Source: a virus
DNA: 64,000 bases
Virus record (IMG/VR): IMGVR_UViG_3300049259_000177
Location: 50,595-114,594 of that record
Strand: one strand, 5' to 3'
Shown in pieces: positions 41,129 to 51,893 of this stretch. A program made the position numbers and the translations under genes. Below the pieces are notes generated by a model. The model saw only the letters and a program-made list of their open reading frames with translations. It made no database searches and was not told the origin of the DNA. The first letter of the stretch is position 1; the number at the start of each line of letters is the position of its first letter.

Positions 41129-43681
41129 TTAGTCGTCGTCCTTGCCCGCGCGGTGGTCGGACCAGCCCTCGGGCACCGGCGGCGGGACGTAGGAAGGTCG
41201 CTCGTGTTCACGAGCCATGTCGACGAAGCGGCTGTAGTGCCCTTGGAAGACGACCGGCACGGTACGGGTCGGGCCGTTGCGCTGCTTCGCGACGATCAGG
41301 TCGGCTTCGCCCGCGCGGGGTGACTCTTTGTCGTAGTAGTCCTCGCGGTGTAGCAGGATCACGACGTCCGCGTCCTGCTCCAAACTGCCCGACTCACGTA
41401 GGTCACTCAACATTGGCCGCTTATCGCCGCGCGTCTCCGGATTGCGATTCAACTGTGACAGCGCCACCACCGGCACGTTCAGTTCCTTCGCGAGCAACTT
41501 GAGCGAGCGGGTTATCTCGCTGACCTCCTGCTGGCGGTTCTCGCTGCGTCGGCCGAGGGTCGTGAGTTGCACGTAGTCGATGACGACGAGGCGCAGGTCG
41601 ATGCTCGCCTTGAGCCGTCGGCACTTGGTGCGCATCTCGATCGGCGTGGTCAGCGGGCTGTCGTCGATGTAGAGCGGAGACGACACGATCTCACCGAGCC
41701 TGCTCGCGAGCCGCGCCCAGTTCTCATCGCTCATCCGTCCGCCGCGAATGTTCTCCAACGGCACGCGGGCTTCCGCGCTGAACAACCGCATCACGATCTC
41801 GGTGCGGCCCATCTCCAACGAGAAGATGACCGACGCGCGCCCGTAGCGGATGGATGCCGAGCGCATGAAATCTAACGCAAGAGTTGAGTTGTGCGTGGGA
41901 ATCATGCTTCGACTCGCGAGGTAGAGACCGTCGACGGCGGCCACCTGCACGCACCGGACGGGCACGCTCTCTACTGGCCGCACGTCAGTAATCATCCGGT
42001 GGGACAGACGGACAGCGGGTCGTCGACTCTGATGCGCCCGCCGTTTGCGTTCCAATCGGAATACATCTTCACCGGCTGCGAAAGTCAGCGTATGCGCCAC
42101 GGACGACTCCGGCGTGCGCCCCGGCACTTGCTTGCGAAACCACCCACACCGATAGCCGAGGCTCACAATCAACTCGTACACATCGGCCGCTAAGCGCACG
42201 CTCGTGGAGGTGAATTGCACCTGCCCGGAGGGCATCACTGTTCCGTCGGTGTCGAGCAGCCCCGCGAGCAGGGCGCGTCGCTGCCGCTCGGAGCCACGCA
42301 GATAGGCGCGGGGCACATGCTTGTCGCCCAGAACTCCGAGAGCACGCAGGCGTCCCTGGACGGGCCGGTGAGTACACGGCGGCATCGGCTGTCCCTGGCG
42401 TCGGCATCGCGCCCATAACGTGTTGCACGGCTGGCAGTGCCCAGTTCGCGCATGGCCGCGTCCACACGTCGCTTCGGTCTTGGTCATCGCCACGGTCACG
42501 GCGTTCGGCTTAACGGCAGTGACGGCAGCCGGAATCCCGACGCGAGTGAACGCCTCTACGTAGTGAGGCGCGTCATCGCGATGGCAGGTGATCCGGCTGC
42601 CAGCGCTGTGCCCGTCGCCGAGCCACACGCCGAGCACGTACGGCGGCACTGGCACGTCAACGTCAGGCAGGTCTAGTGGTGCGGTTAGCCGCACGCTGTG
42701 GTTCCGGCGCCCGTCGGCGGTCGGACAGAGTACCGTCTCGGCGATCTGCCGAGTCGTGACAACGAGTGGAGCGGCTCCACGTCGCCGGACCGCGCGGGTC
42801 GCCGTCTCCCATTGATGTTCGGCGTCGGCTATGACCGTTGTGCCGTCGGAGAACACCACCTCATAGCAGGACCGACCAACCATCGTCTCGGTTGCGGCCA
42901 CCACCCGGGTTGGGCATCCATCGGCGCCGAGTAGCCAGTCCCCGACGGCCACCTCGCCCATCGTGGACCAGCCGGTGGGGGTGGGCAGCGGCGTGTCTAA
43001 TGCCAGGGCTTTGCCCAGACCTGGACGCCCAGCGACGATGACCAACTGGCCGGGATGCAGACCGTGGATCAACTCGTCGAGTTCGCTGAAACCGGTAGGA
43101 ACACCGATCGCACCGGCACCCTGTCCGCGTGCCTCGATCGCTTCGATCTCGTTCATCGACGACTCGATGACGTCTTCGAGCCGGACGATGTCCTGTGCAT
43201 GGCTGCGTTGCGCGATGCTGAACAGTTCGCCCTGCGCGGCGGTGAGCAAGGCGTCGGCGTCCATGCCGGTGAAGTCGGCATCCGCCTGGTGGCCCATCTG
43301 CACAATGCGGGTTCCGGCGGCGATCATGCGGCGAAGGACCGCTTTGTCGTGCACAATCTGCGCGTAGAACCTGCAATTTGCGGATGTCGGCACTGACGCG
43401 ATGAGGGTGTGCAGGTAGGTCGCGGTGCCGATCTTCACCGTGACTTTCCGCTGATCACATTCGGCGAGCACGCTGATCGCGTCGACCGGCTGGCCGTTGC
43501 CGTACATCTCGATCAGCACGCCGTAGAGCAGTTCGTGTGCGGGTCGATAGAAGTCGTTGGGGGTGAGCACGTCGACAGCGTCGGCGATCGCTTCCTGCGA
43601 CAGCATCATCGACCCGAGCACAGCCTGCTCAGCGTCGATCGCCTGCGGCGGCGTACGGCCGCCGCCGTCCTCCTGGCTCAC
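41129..43681 (-). CDS. dnaB: Replicative DNA helicase DnaB with intein
   Basis: PPQAIDAEQAVLG, GRPGLGK|intein|STLA, FSLEM, IDYVQL, LSQLNR, DLRESGSLEQDAD, KQRNGP. Confidence 0.96.
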   Translation of the reverse strand: MSQEDGGGRTPPQAIDAEQAVLGSMMLSQEAIADAVDVLTPNDFYRPAHELLYGVLIEMYGNGQPVDAISVLAECDQRKVTVKIGTATYLHTLIASVPTSANCRFYAQIVHDKAVLRRMIAAGTRIVQMGHQADADFTGMDADALLTAAQGELFSIAQRSHAQDIVRLEDVIESSMNEIEAIEARGQGAGAIGVPTGFSELDELIHGLHPGQLVIVAGRPGLGKALALDTPLPTPTGWSTMGEVAVGDWLLGADGCPTRVVAATETMVGRSCYEVVFSDGTTVIADAEHQWETATRAVRRRGAAPLVVTTRQIAETVLCPTADGRRNHSVRLTAPLDLPDVDVPVPPYVLGVWLGDGHSAGSRITCHRDDAPHYVEAFTRVGIPAAVTAVKPNAVTVAMTKTEATCGRGHARTGHCQPCNTLWARCRRQGQPMPPCTHRPVQGRLRALGVLGDKHVPRAYLRGSERQRRALLAGLLDTDGTVMPSGQVQFTSTSVRLAADVYELIVSLGYRCGWFRKQVPGRTPESSVAHTLTFAAGEDVFRLERKRRAHQSRRPAVRLSHRMITDVRPVESVPVRCVQVAAVDGLYLASRSMIPTHNSTLALDFMRSASIRYGRASVIFSLEMGRTEIVMRLFSAEARVPLENIRGGRMSDENWARLASRLGEIVSSPLYIDDSPLTTPIEMRTKCRRLKASIDLRLVVIDYVQLTTLGRRSENRQQEVSEITRSLKLLAKELNVPVVALSQLNRNPETRGDKRPMLSDLRESGSLEQDADVVILLHREDYYDKESPRAGEADLIVAKQRNGPTRTVPVVFQGHYSRFVDMAREHERPSYVPPPVPEGWSDHRAGKDDD
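41888..43009 (-). mobile_element. Ala-starting (class 3-type) intein, 374 aa, with LAGLIDADG endonuclease
   Basis: ALALDTPLPTPTGW start; DAEHQW, VRCVQV and IPTHN|S (W-C-T triplet); LGVWLGDG and LAGLLDTDG. Confidence 0.92.
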
Positions 43682-43746
43682 CGCTTCGCCCTTCGGTGAC
43701 TGATGTGGAGCCTCACGTTATCGGCGGACGCCGACAGGTTGGCGCG

Positions 43747-44175
43747 TCAGAGATCGGCATCCGTAGCGGCGACGACGAGGGCGAGAACGTTCTCCATGTC
43801 GGGCACGCCTTGTTCGAGCACGGCACGCGCGAGCACGGCATGGCTGACGGTCATGCTGTGCATATACCACTGCTCCGGCGTCGGGACGACCCGGACCTCG
43901 GGAACGTGTCCGATCGACGCACACACATCGGCGTAGGCGACCGAGTCATAGAACGGCTCGGTCCATTCGAGGCACTCATCGTGGTCGGCGTAGATGTCGA
44001 GCACGTCGGCAACGGCGGCGCCGTTGAGACCGCTGCCGGGAGGCGCGGTGAGCCCGAGGAAGCGCGCTTTGTCCTCCTCGGTCATCGCGGCTTCGACGGC
44101 AAGCGCGCTGCGAGTCATGGCGCGCTGGCGCCCGGCCTCGGCCTGCTCGATGGTCAGTTCGTCTTCGTTGGTCAT
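43747..44175 (-). CDS. Hypothetical protein
   Basis: ATGA-coupled to the upstream HTH gene. Confidence 0.6.
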   Translation of the reverse strand: MTNEDELTIEQAEAGRQRAMTRSALAVEAAMTEEDKARFLGLTAPPGSGLNGAAVADVLDIYADHDECLEWTEPFYDSVAYADVCASIGHVPEVRVVPTPEQWYMHSMTVSHAVLARAVLEQGVPDMENVLALVVAATDADL

Positions 44176-44630
44176 CGTCGTCCTTGTCTCAACTGCGCAA
44201 CGCGGGCGGTGGTAAGCCCGGTGCACTTGGCTACTTCGGAGTTGCGGTACGCACCGCCGCCGGGCTTGCGGTAGCGGCCGTTCAGCATGCCGGTGGCGGC
44301 TTCGTCGCGGACCTCACGGGCCTCGTTGGCGAGCGTCTCGTTGCGGGCGACGGTGGCCGCCGCGCGGCTCATGACCTGTTCGGCATTCGAGATCTTGCCG
44401 ATCCGGCCGACGCGCTCGGCGATGTCTACGAACGCGCTACGACTGACGCCGATCGCGCGGTAGACGTCGACTGGCCCCCAGTTGTAGTGGCGATGCAAGG
44501 ACATGGCGGCGGCGTCACGCTCCTGGCGTGCCTCGTCGGCCCGGGCTCGGGCCGCACGGATGATCTTCGCGGCCTGGGTCGCGCGCTTGCCTGGGTCCTT
44601 GATGGCGCGGACAGACTCGATCGTTGGCAT
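44172..44630 (-). CDS. Tandem helix-turn-helix protein (candidate repressor)
   Basis: WGPVDVYRAIGVSRSAF and RNSEVAKCTGLTTARVAQLR; its promoter carries two operator copies. Confidence 0.7.
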   Translation of the reverse strand: MPTIESVRAIKDPGKRATQAAKIIRAARARADEARQERDAAAMSLHRHYNWGPVDVYRAIGVSRSAFVDIAERVGRIGKISNAEQVMSRAAATVARNETLANEAREVRDEAATGMLNGRYRKPGGGAYRNSEVAKCTGLTTARVAQLRQGRR

Positions 44631-44681
44631 GGTCGGTCCCTGACGGTGCTGATGGGGAAGGTGATGACGGTCTCCTCTTGG

Positions 44682-44747
44682 CCGGGTCGCTCAACCGGAC
44701 GTTACGGACGGTACCCGCTTAGCGACTGTCATGCAACCCGCTTAGCG
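44682..44747 (-). promoter_or_regulatory. Promoter with two operator copies upstream of the double-HTH gene
   Basis: CGCTAAGCGGG-TTGCAT-GACAGT-CGCTAAGCGGG-TACCGT, then CCGGTTGAGCGACCCGG. Confidence 0.75.
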
Positions 44748-44748
44748 A

Positions 44749-45698
44749 TCACCACCTGGCCGGGGTGGCGGCGTAGGTCATCTGGCGGCCAACGCGACGG
44801 CCCTTGGCGATCTCGTCAAGACGCCGGGCGACCGCGAGGGCATAGGCACGAGGCTTGCGACCGGCAGGTCCGTAGTTCCCGGCGACCACGGCGGCGCGAA
44901 CGGTGGCGGCGGCTTTGGCGAGCCGCTTCTCGTCGAGCCACGGCGCCTTGTCGCCGATCTTCGCGGACGACAGCACCCGGGCGGCATCGAGCGCCCGGCG
45001 TCGATGGCGCGAGCCCACCGGGCCGAAGTACGGCTCGACCGGGCGGTGGTCGACGACGAGCCAGCGAATCGTCCGGGCCGCATCACGACGGGCGTGCTCG
45101 CCGGGCCCTGCCTGCGCGCGTGCACGGGCGCGGTCCCGGCGTTCGGAGGAGGAGAGGACCGGATGGCCACCAGCGGCCGGTAGGACGCGGCTGGGGGCCA
45201 CCTTGACCCTGTGTTCACGGTACGCGGCACGTAACCACCGGGCGGCCTGCGCGCCCATCCGGTAGCGGACGAGGAACAGGAAGACGGCAGCAAACTCGGG
45301 GCCGTGCGGCGCGCAGTACCGGCCACCGTCACAGGTCGCGGTGAGGTTATGTGCAACCTCGTGCAAGATCACCCGCTCGTTGCGGGCCCACGGCGGTAGT
45401 GCAATCCGGTCGCCATAGAACGAGCCGGTCGCATCGCCCCGGCTTTCCAGTGCACGGTGATGGTGCGCTGACCGAACCGACTCTGAAACCACGACTGGCG
45501 GACGAGGTCATCGACATACCGCTGGCAATCCTCGATGGAGCACGCCTTGCCGCCGTCGCTCTGGCGGATGATCCGAGCGTCGACGACGAGCGTCACGCAC
45601 GCTTTGGTGCTGTGGTTGACCGGCAGGGTGCGCTCGGCGTCGTAGAGCCGCTGCCGCTGCGTGTCGCGGGCCCGATCGTAGGTGGCGGTGAGCCTCAT
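44749..45698 (-). pseudogene. HEXXH metallohydrolase (TIGR04338-like) with a frameshift near 45440
   Basis: N-part RDTQRQRLYDAE...QRYVD.LV...WF..RFG; C-part IALP.WARNERVILHEVAH...HGPEFA is in a different frame. One extra G in the GGGG run joins them. Confidence 0.75.
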
Positions 45699-46063
45699 CG
45701 GGCCGCCGCCTTGCGGGCCCAGCGCACCTTGCGACCGATCGGACGATCCGGCACGAGCGCGGCGGCGACCGTGCGGTCGCAGTCCCGGTCGTGGGTGGCG
45801 GCTCTGCCTGCTTTGCTCGACGGCCGGACGTACGTCAGGTCGACGAGGTCGAAGTAGCGGACCTGGCCGGTGGCGGCGCGGCGGCACTCGATCTTCCATT
45901 CGCCGTCGCGGTCGTAGAACGACAGTACGTGCCAGACGCCGAGCCGGGTCCGGGCGGTGACCTTGACGGTGCTGGTTCCGGCGTGGAGGGCGAAGCCTCC
46001 GAGTCTTGGATGTTCCACTGCCTGCTCCTGTTTCGGGCCGTCGCTCGCGGCCGTCTGAGTCAA
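45695..46063 (-). CDS. Hypothetical early protein
   Basis: 122 aa, downstream of an operator-type promoter. Confidence 0.55.
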   Translation of the reverse strand: MTQTAASDGPKQEQAVEHPRLGGFALHAGTSTVKVTARTRLGVWHVLSFYDRDGEWKIECRRAATGQVRYFDLVDLTYVRPSSKAGRAATHDRDCDRTVAAALVPDRPIGRKVRWARKAAAR

Positions 46064-46078
46064 GTATAGCGGACGGGG

Positions 46079-46172
46079 TACACCCGCTTAGCGGGTTCCG
46101 AGGCCCCGACCTGCACGTTCGTCTCGCGACACGCCGTGACTTGACACGTGTTTTGCGTGTACCCGCTTAGCG
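46079..46172 (-). promoter_or_regulatory. Two operator copies
   Basis: CGCTAAGCGGGT at 46082-46093 and 46161-46172. Confidence 0.65.
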
Positions 46173-46477
46173 GACGGCGAGGGCCAGTTCGAGGGCCAGC
46201 GGCGACTCCGGCCGCAGCCCCGAGACTGGACCGACATAGGCACGGTGCGTCGAGTCCTTGACACACCCGTCGTGCACGAGGTCGACGACGGCGCCGATCG
46301 CTTCCAGTCGGACGTCACCGCCCCCGCACTTTGGGCACGTCGATGCGAGAGGGACGGTGACCGGGGTCAGCGTCGTCATTCTCTGTCGATCTCCCGGCGC
46401 AGTGTTGCTCGATAACTGCATGGCGGTACGGAATCACCCAAACGGGTTAGCGTCGCGTCGAAGAGGACTAAGCGGGC

Positions 46478-46876
46478 CTACTCGCCTATCACATGCACCT
46501 CGGCATAGGCGATGTCGGTGCTCTCGGCGATCACCTCGACCTCGTCTTCGCTGATCGGCACGCCGAGCCGACGGTGCGCCCGAGGCTTGCCGCTGGCGCT
46601 GAACAACTTGACCGAGACACGCTCGCTGCCCAGCCCGTGCTTGATCGCGACGATCCCCGTCGGCTCCGGCGCAAGATTCTCGACCTTCGCGAACTTTTTG
46701 CGGAGCGGTAACAGGCCCTCGTTCGCCATCCGCTCGCGAACGACGTCGACGGCGCGCATGAACAGCGCCCAGCCCTTCGCCGGGTCACCGGCGGCACTGA
46801 CGACCGGCTGGATGATGAGACCTATCGCGCTGGCAACATGCTCGACGAGCGCGACCTCGTCTACTGGCTCAGGCAA
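46478..46876 (-). CDS. Hypothetical protein
   Basis: GAGGAGG RBS; overlaps the upstream gene. Confidence 0.55.
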   Translation of the reverse strand: MPEPVDEVALVEHVASAIGLIIQPVVSAAGDPAKGWALFMRAVDVVRERMANEGLLPLRKKFAKVENLAPEPTGIVAIKHGLGSERVSVKLFSASGKPRAHRRLGVPISEDEVEVIAESTDIAYAEVHVIGE

Positions 46877-47144
46877 GAGTCACCTCCTCGACCGAGGCGG
46901 CGCCTGACTTCACCGAGAGCAGCCGGTGGCCGATCTCGACCAGCCTCGGGCCAGAAATACGGCTCATGTCGCCGTGAACGATCTTGATGCGCTGGCGGTG
47001 GACGCCGTCGAGGTGACGAGCCTGCGTAACGTGCATAGCGTCGGGGCCGCGCACCGGGAGCCCGTGCTCGCGACAGTAGTGCTCGTAGGAGTCGTTCCGC
47101 CCGCCGACGTAGATCATGAGCACCGGAACATTCACTGGTTCCAT
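46869..47144 (-). CDS. Hypothetical protein
   Basis: 91 aa within a coupled gene run. Confidence 0.5.
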   Translation of the reverse strand: MEPVNVPVLMIYVGGRNDSYEHYCREHGLPVRGPDAMHVTQARHLDGVHRQRIKIVHGDMSRISGPRLVEIGHRLLSVKSGAASVEEVTLA

Positions 47145-49042
47145 GCTCGGCCGATCTCGTCGTTGGCGACGACTTTCGTCGTCGTGGTGGTCACGAGGTC
47201 GTAGCCGCGCAAGGCCGACATGCCGTTGCGGTAGGTCGACTTCGAGCGGTCCACGTCGGCGAGCCGGGCTACCTCGTCATGGTCGACCCACTCCGGCCAG
47301 TGGTCAAGGATCGCGGTGAGCATCCGCTTCGGCGTCTCGCTGAGCAGGCCCATCCAGTGATCGACGAGCGCGCGGCCGGTCGGCAGAGGCTCGTAGGTGT
47401 CCCCCAGCGCGTCCACGCCGTTCTGCGTGACCGTTGGCGACGTGGTCGAGCCTTCGATGTAGCCCTTGCCGCGCAGCGTCGACATGGCGTTGCGGAACGT
47501 GGAGCGCTTGCGGCTGACACCGGAGCGGGCAGCGATCACCCGGTCGGTCAACGGGATGCCCGCCTCGACCATGACAGTGAGGATGCGCCGGGGCGCGCCG
47601 CTCAGCGACGGGTCCGGTTCGGTGTCCGGGGACGGCGCGCTATGCGTAGCGCGTTGCACCTGTGGCACAGGTGCCGGTGTGGCACGCCGAGGTGCCTCCT
47701 GTGGCACACGATGTGCCACACCGGTTGCAGGTTGTGCAACCCGTGTGGCACGTTCTGCACCCTTCGAGGCTCGATGATGCACCTCACCGGACGGCACGAG
47801 CGCCTTCGTCACAAACTCCCGCTCGACGGCGATACGCTGCTCGACCTCGGCGAAGGCGGCGTCGAGGCGCTGCACGACGGCCACGGCGTCCTCGGAGAGC
47901 CCCACGGGCTCAGCGGGCCGCGCGGCTAGTTCGGCTTGTAGCGCGTCGATCTCGGCCTGTAGGGCGGCTTTCTGCTCGCGCAGCGCCGTCTCACGGATGC
48001 CTGCGGCGCCTACCTCGTCGGCGAGGCGGGCGCGCTCGACCTCGATGCGGCGCACCTCGGCGCGTAGCACCTTCGGGTTGCTCGCGTTGGCCTCCTCAAC
48101 GACCTCGGCCATCCTCGTCCGGTAGACGTCGAGGTCCACGGTCGCGCCGGTACCGACGACCCGACGGGCCCGCTCGCCGGGCTTGGGTGTGACGGAGGAG
48201 TCGAACGTCTCCCGGGCACGGATCTGCACGACGCCTTCGCGTTCAAGCCAGCCAGGAGAGACGAGCAGCGCGGTGCCGACAGCCAGTTTGCGGACCTGCT
48301 CGATCATCGCCCGCTGGTCGGCCTTCGGGACGTGCTCACCGAGCCAGTCGATGATTGCGTCGATCGAGTTGGGGCCGACGGTGCGGAAGGCGAGCATCAT
48401 GTCGGCGAGTTCGGCGACGGACTTGTTGAGCCGAGCGGAGCGCTGGGTGAACAGGCCGACGCCGATGCCGACGTTGCGGCCCTCCTCGACCAACTGCTCC
48501 CACGCGGCCACCGAGGCGGCTAGATCCGGGTTGCCGTGCGGAATCTGCTGGGGAATGTAGCGAGCGGCCTCGTCGAGTGCGACGAAGATCGGGTCGCGTC
48601 GCTGGCCGTCGACGAGGGAACCCTGTCGCATATAGAGGCGCCGGATGAACGCGGTGATGAAGCGGGTCCGCTCGCCGTGCGTCCACATCTTGCCGAGGTG
48701 GTCACGGGAGCAGTCGACGATGACATTGACGTGCTCGTCGGCGACGAGGTCGGCGACGATCTCGCCGCTGCCCGGCGTGATCGGCATGTCGCCGTGGGTG
48801 CCACCGAGGATTAGGCAGGGGACGCCGTCACCTCGTCCGTCGGCCGCGTGGCGTAGGCCCCAGTGCACGCCGATCGGGTCGATCGAGCACCACCGCAGCG
48901 CGGCCTTGCTCATCTCCTCAAGCACGACCGAGAGCAGGTTGGTCTTCCCCATCCCCTTTGAGCCATAGACGAGCAGCGTCGCGGTGACGGCGTCAAGCGT
49001 CAGGTCCAGGCCAGCACCGATGTGCAGGCGGCGGGTGGGCAC
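47132..49042 (-). CDS. HerA/FtsK-like ATPase with coiled coil and C-terminal tandem winged-HTH
   Basis: YGSKGMGKT, IDPIG, ALDEAA, GRNVG....TQRSA; duplicated RSTFRNAMSTLR / KSTYRNGMSALR. Confidence 0.8.
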   Translation of the reverse strand: MPTRRLHIGAGLDLTLDAVTATLLVYGSKGMGKTNLLSVVLEEMSKAALRWCSIDPIGVHWGLRHAADGRGDGVPCLILGGTHGDMPITPGSGEIVADLVADEHVNVIVDCSRDHLGKMWTHGERTRFITAFIRRLYMRQGSLVDGQRRDPIFVALDEAARYIPQQIPHGNPDLAASVAAWEQLVEEGRNVGIGVGLFTQRSARLNKSVAELADMMLAFRTVGPNSIDAIIDWLGEHVPKADQRAMIEQVRKLAVGTALLVSPGWLEREGVVQIRARETFDSSVTPKPGERARRVVGTGATVDLDVYRTRMAEVVEEANASNPKVLRAEVRRIEVERARLADEVGAAGIRETALREQKAALQAEIDALQAELAARPAEPVGLSEDAVAVVQRLDAAFAEVEQRIAVEREFVTKALVPSGEVHHRASKGAERATRVAQPATGVAHRVPQEAPRRATPAPVPQVQRATHSAPSPDTEPDPSLSGAPRRILTVMVEAGIPLTDRVIAARSGVSRKRSTFRNAMSTLRGKGYIEGSTTSPTVTQNGVDALGDTYEPLPTGRALVDHWMGLLSETPKRMLTAILDHWPEWVDHDEVARLADVDRSKSTYRNGMSALRGYDLVTTTTTKVVANDEIGRAWNQ

Positions 49043-49061
49043 GAGACGACGCTAGGCCAGG

Positions 49062-51893
49062 TCAGTCCTCATCTGGCGCTTCATCCTCGTCGGTGTCGTC
49101 GCGGAAGACACAGGCGGCGAGGCGGTCATCGTCGAGGTGCTCTCGCTTGCGTTCGACAACTGCGGCCAGTCGGCGGTCATCGTCGAGGCCCCGAGTAGAG
49201 ATCTCGATATAGGTCGGCAGCAGATCACCGACGGTGCGTCCCACGATTTCCTGACCGTCGTCGAGCAGGACATCGACGAACTTACTGATCGCCTGCTGCA
49301 TGTTGTGGGCCATACCGAGCCGCAGCGTTTTGAGGTGGCCCTCCCACAGTTCCGGGTCGGCGTAGTCCTCGACGAAGCGCCGGTACGCCTCTGCGCGCTC
49401 GGCGTCGTTCCATGCCTGGATGACACTCCCGGCCAGTTCACCGCGCCGCTGGCGCTTCACCTCAGCCGCATCGTGCGCCGCGCGCCACTCCTGCTGCGCC
49501 TTGGCAATCGCGTCCTCGGCGGAGTCGTCGCGGTAGATGATCGCCGAGCGCTCATTGTCCCAGCGGCTCGTCCACGTGTCGGTACCGCGCCACGGTGTCG
49601 ACCATGTGTGCTCGGACAGGTAGGGCTCGCCCTCGACGACGACAGAGCCACCCGGGCCGCGACGCCACGTCAGGGTCGCCTCGTAGGACACGAGCGAGGG
49701 CACCTCGGAGCGGTCGCCCCAGCCGTCGCGGTAGCGTAGTCTGTCGTTCGGCCACACGTGGACGGTGATCACCTTGCTCCGCTGCTTGTAGGTGACCCGT
49801 GTGATGACGCCATGCTTGGCCTTGCGGCCACGGCGTGGGCCGTCGGCGGGGATCGCGGGCATGTTGGCCTCGACCCGCTCGATGGCCTGCTGGGCGGCCT
49901 CGTACGCCTCCGGGTCGCTCAGGTGCTCAGCGGCCGTAGCGACGCGGTTCCAGCGCTTCCAGCGCTCGTCGGAGAACAGGATGCGCCAGCGGGCAGCGCG
50001 AGTACCGGAGACGAGCACCCAGCGACGCTCAGTCGTCTTGCCGCGTGGGCGGGTAACCCACTCCTGCGCGTAGACGTTGCGAGCGAACTCGCTCTCGTCG
50101 AGCAGCCGGTGCTCCGGTGCGAGGGCGATATAGGAGCCGTCGCGCTGGCGGCCGACGAGCATCACGCCGGGCAGCGCCTTGAGGCGGGCGACGATCTCGG
50201 GGTCGTCCGTGGCTGCGGCCTTGCGGCGCGAGCCGAACTCGTCCTCGATCATGCGCACTGCCTTGGCCTCGTGCTCTCCGTCGCCGACGAGTGGGCGGTG
50301 GTGCTTGTTCGTGAACTTCCACCACCGCACGAGGTCGTCGACTGCTTCGAGAGCCTCGGCTTCGTCGAGATCGTAGGCGCTCATGAGCCGCCCCGCGAGC
50401 ATCTGCCGGAACGGAGCCTCCGCCTCGGCTTCCTCCCGCTTGACGGCGATGGCCGCCTTGAGCAGCGGGAACATCGCGACGTAGTGCTTGCGCTCGGTGC
50501 GCGCTTGCAGGTAGTCGAGCATCTCGTCCTCGGTCACGAGGTCGAGCGGCAGGATGAAGTCGTCGGTTGCGTAGACGACGCAGGTAGCACGTCGCTTGGG
50601 CTCGTGACCGGCACTGCGCCAGTCGGAGTAGACGACATCGCCTTCGCGCTTGTAGCGGAACACGAGCCCGCCATCGCTGGCCCGCTCCTCGATCGTGTAG
50701 ATGCGCCGTGACTTCGGGTAGGCCGCGCCGCTCGGGGTGATGCGCTCGTGACCGTTGCTCCGCTCGTAGCGGTACTGTCGGAAGCCGTCGGTGTTGAACG
50801 CACCCATGACGCGCATGCCCGGCCGCAGTTCGGCGTTGTGCTCGCGCAGCCACTCCTCGAACGGCTGGCGGCCGGTCGTCAGCGCGAACTCCTCCTCATC
50901 GACGAGCCGCACGTGCCCGGCCTCGTATGACTCCTGCTTGAGCAGCGACACGGTGGGGCTCGGCAGCGGGTGAAACACGGTGGTCCGGTCGATGAGCCCT
51001 TGCAGGATGAGCGCGACCTTCATGTAGTGCCGCTCGCGCGCGCCCTGCGCCTCCTCGGCCCGCTGCCAGTCGTAGGAACCCGGCTCCACCGGCACGCGCT
51101 TGCGCTTGCCGGTGCCGAACTCGTACTCGTCCCGGTAGAACAGGCCGGTGAACTCGTCGCGCGCGGGCACGAGCCGGTAGCCGACGTTGAAATTGGTGTC
51201 CATGCGGAACACGCGCTCGCCGTTGCGGATGAGCCAGTACGAGTGCCGGTTGGCCTCGTTCATGCGCCGGGTAACCCACGGGTCGCCGTAGTCGCGGGCT
51301 CGGGTGCTCGGGACGATGACCACGACACCGCGTTGCTCGGGTAGCACTTGATTGAGGTTCGCCTCGGAGTCCATGAGCCACTCGTCGAACTCTTCGATCC
51401 GACTGGCGTCGATACCGCCACCTTCCGGGTCGATCGCGGTCTCCTCGTCCATCGCGAGCACCATCGAGCGACACACGATCGGCGTGCCCTCGGGTGCAGG
51501 CTCGCCGTCGCGCAAGGTGACGATCTCCTCGTCGCGGCCGAGGTAGAGGTTGACCGTCTCGATCGCCTCGGTGAGCCGGGCGACGAACTTCTCGACCGGC
51601 GCGAGCATGGCGCGGGCGGCACTCATCTGTGCGTCGAGTTCGGCACGCATCCGCTTGGTGGCGCTCTCCAACTCCTCCCGCTTGCGCATCACGAGAGCGC
51701 GGGTTTCGGCGAGTGACTGCTTCATGCTGGTTGCGTCGAGCGCGGAGCCACCGACGGGCATGAGCGCGTTGCCCGGCTGCTGGCGCTCCACGACCTCGGC
51801 GATCTCGGCGCTCAGTCGCTCGACGTCGGCCTTCGCCTCCTCGAAGCCGGAGCCGTCCGGCTCGTCGTCGTACTCGTCGTCGTAGTCGGTCAC
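49062..51893 (-). CDS. Large hypothetical protein (943 aa) with N-terminal coiled coil
   Basis: Long GC3-rich ORF; no motif recognised. Confidence 0.75.
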   Translation of the reverse strand: MTDYDDEYDDEPDGSGFEEAKADVERLSAEIAEVVERQQPGNALMPVGGSALDATSMKQSLAETRALVMRKREELESATKRMRAELDAQMSAARAMLAPVEKFVARLTEAIETVNLYLGRDEEIVTLRDGEPAPEGTPIVCRSMVLAMDEETAIDPEGGGIDASRIEEFDEWLMDSEANLNQVLPEQRGVVVIVPSTRARDYGDPWVTRRMNEANRHSYWLIRNGERVFRMDTNFNVGYRLVPARDEFTGLFYRDEYEFGTGKRKRVPVEPGSYDWQRAEEAQGARERHYMKVALILQGLIDRTTVFHPLPSPTVSLLKQESYEAGHVRLVDEEEFALTTGRQPFEEWLREHNAELRPGMRVMGAFNTDGFRQYRYERSNGHERITPSGAAYPKSRRIYTIEERASDGGLVFRYKREGDVVYSDWRSAGHEPKRRATCVVYATDDFILPLDLVTEDEMLDYLQARTERKHYVAMFPLLKAAIAVKREEAEAEAPFRQMLAGRLMSAYDLDEAEALEAVDDLVRWWKFTNKHHRPLVGDGEHEAKAVRMIEDEFGSRRKAAATDDPEIVARLKALPGVMLVGRQRDGSYIALAPEHRLLDESEFARNVYAQEWVTRPRGKTTERRWVLVSGTRAARWRILFSDERWKRWNRVATAAEHLSDPEAYEAAQQAIERVEANMPAIPADGPRRGRKAKHGVITRVTYKQRSKVITVHVWPNDRLRYRDGWGDRSEVPSLVSYEATLTWRRGPGGSVVVEGEPYLSEHTWSTPWRGTDTWTSRWDNERSAIIYRDDSAEDAIAKAQQEWRAAHDAAEVKRQRRGELAGSVIQAWNDAERAEAYRRFVEDYADPELWEGHLKTLRLGMAHNMQQAISKFVDVLLDDGQEIVGRTVGDLLPTYIEISTRGLDDDRRLAAVVERKREHLDDDRLAACVFRDDTDEDEAPDED

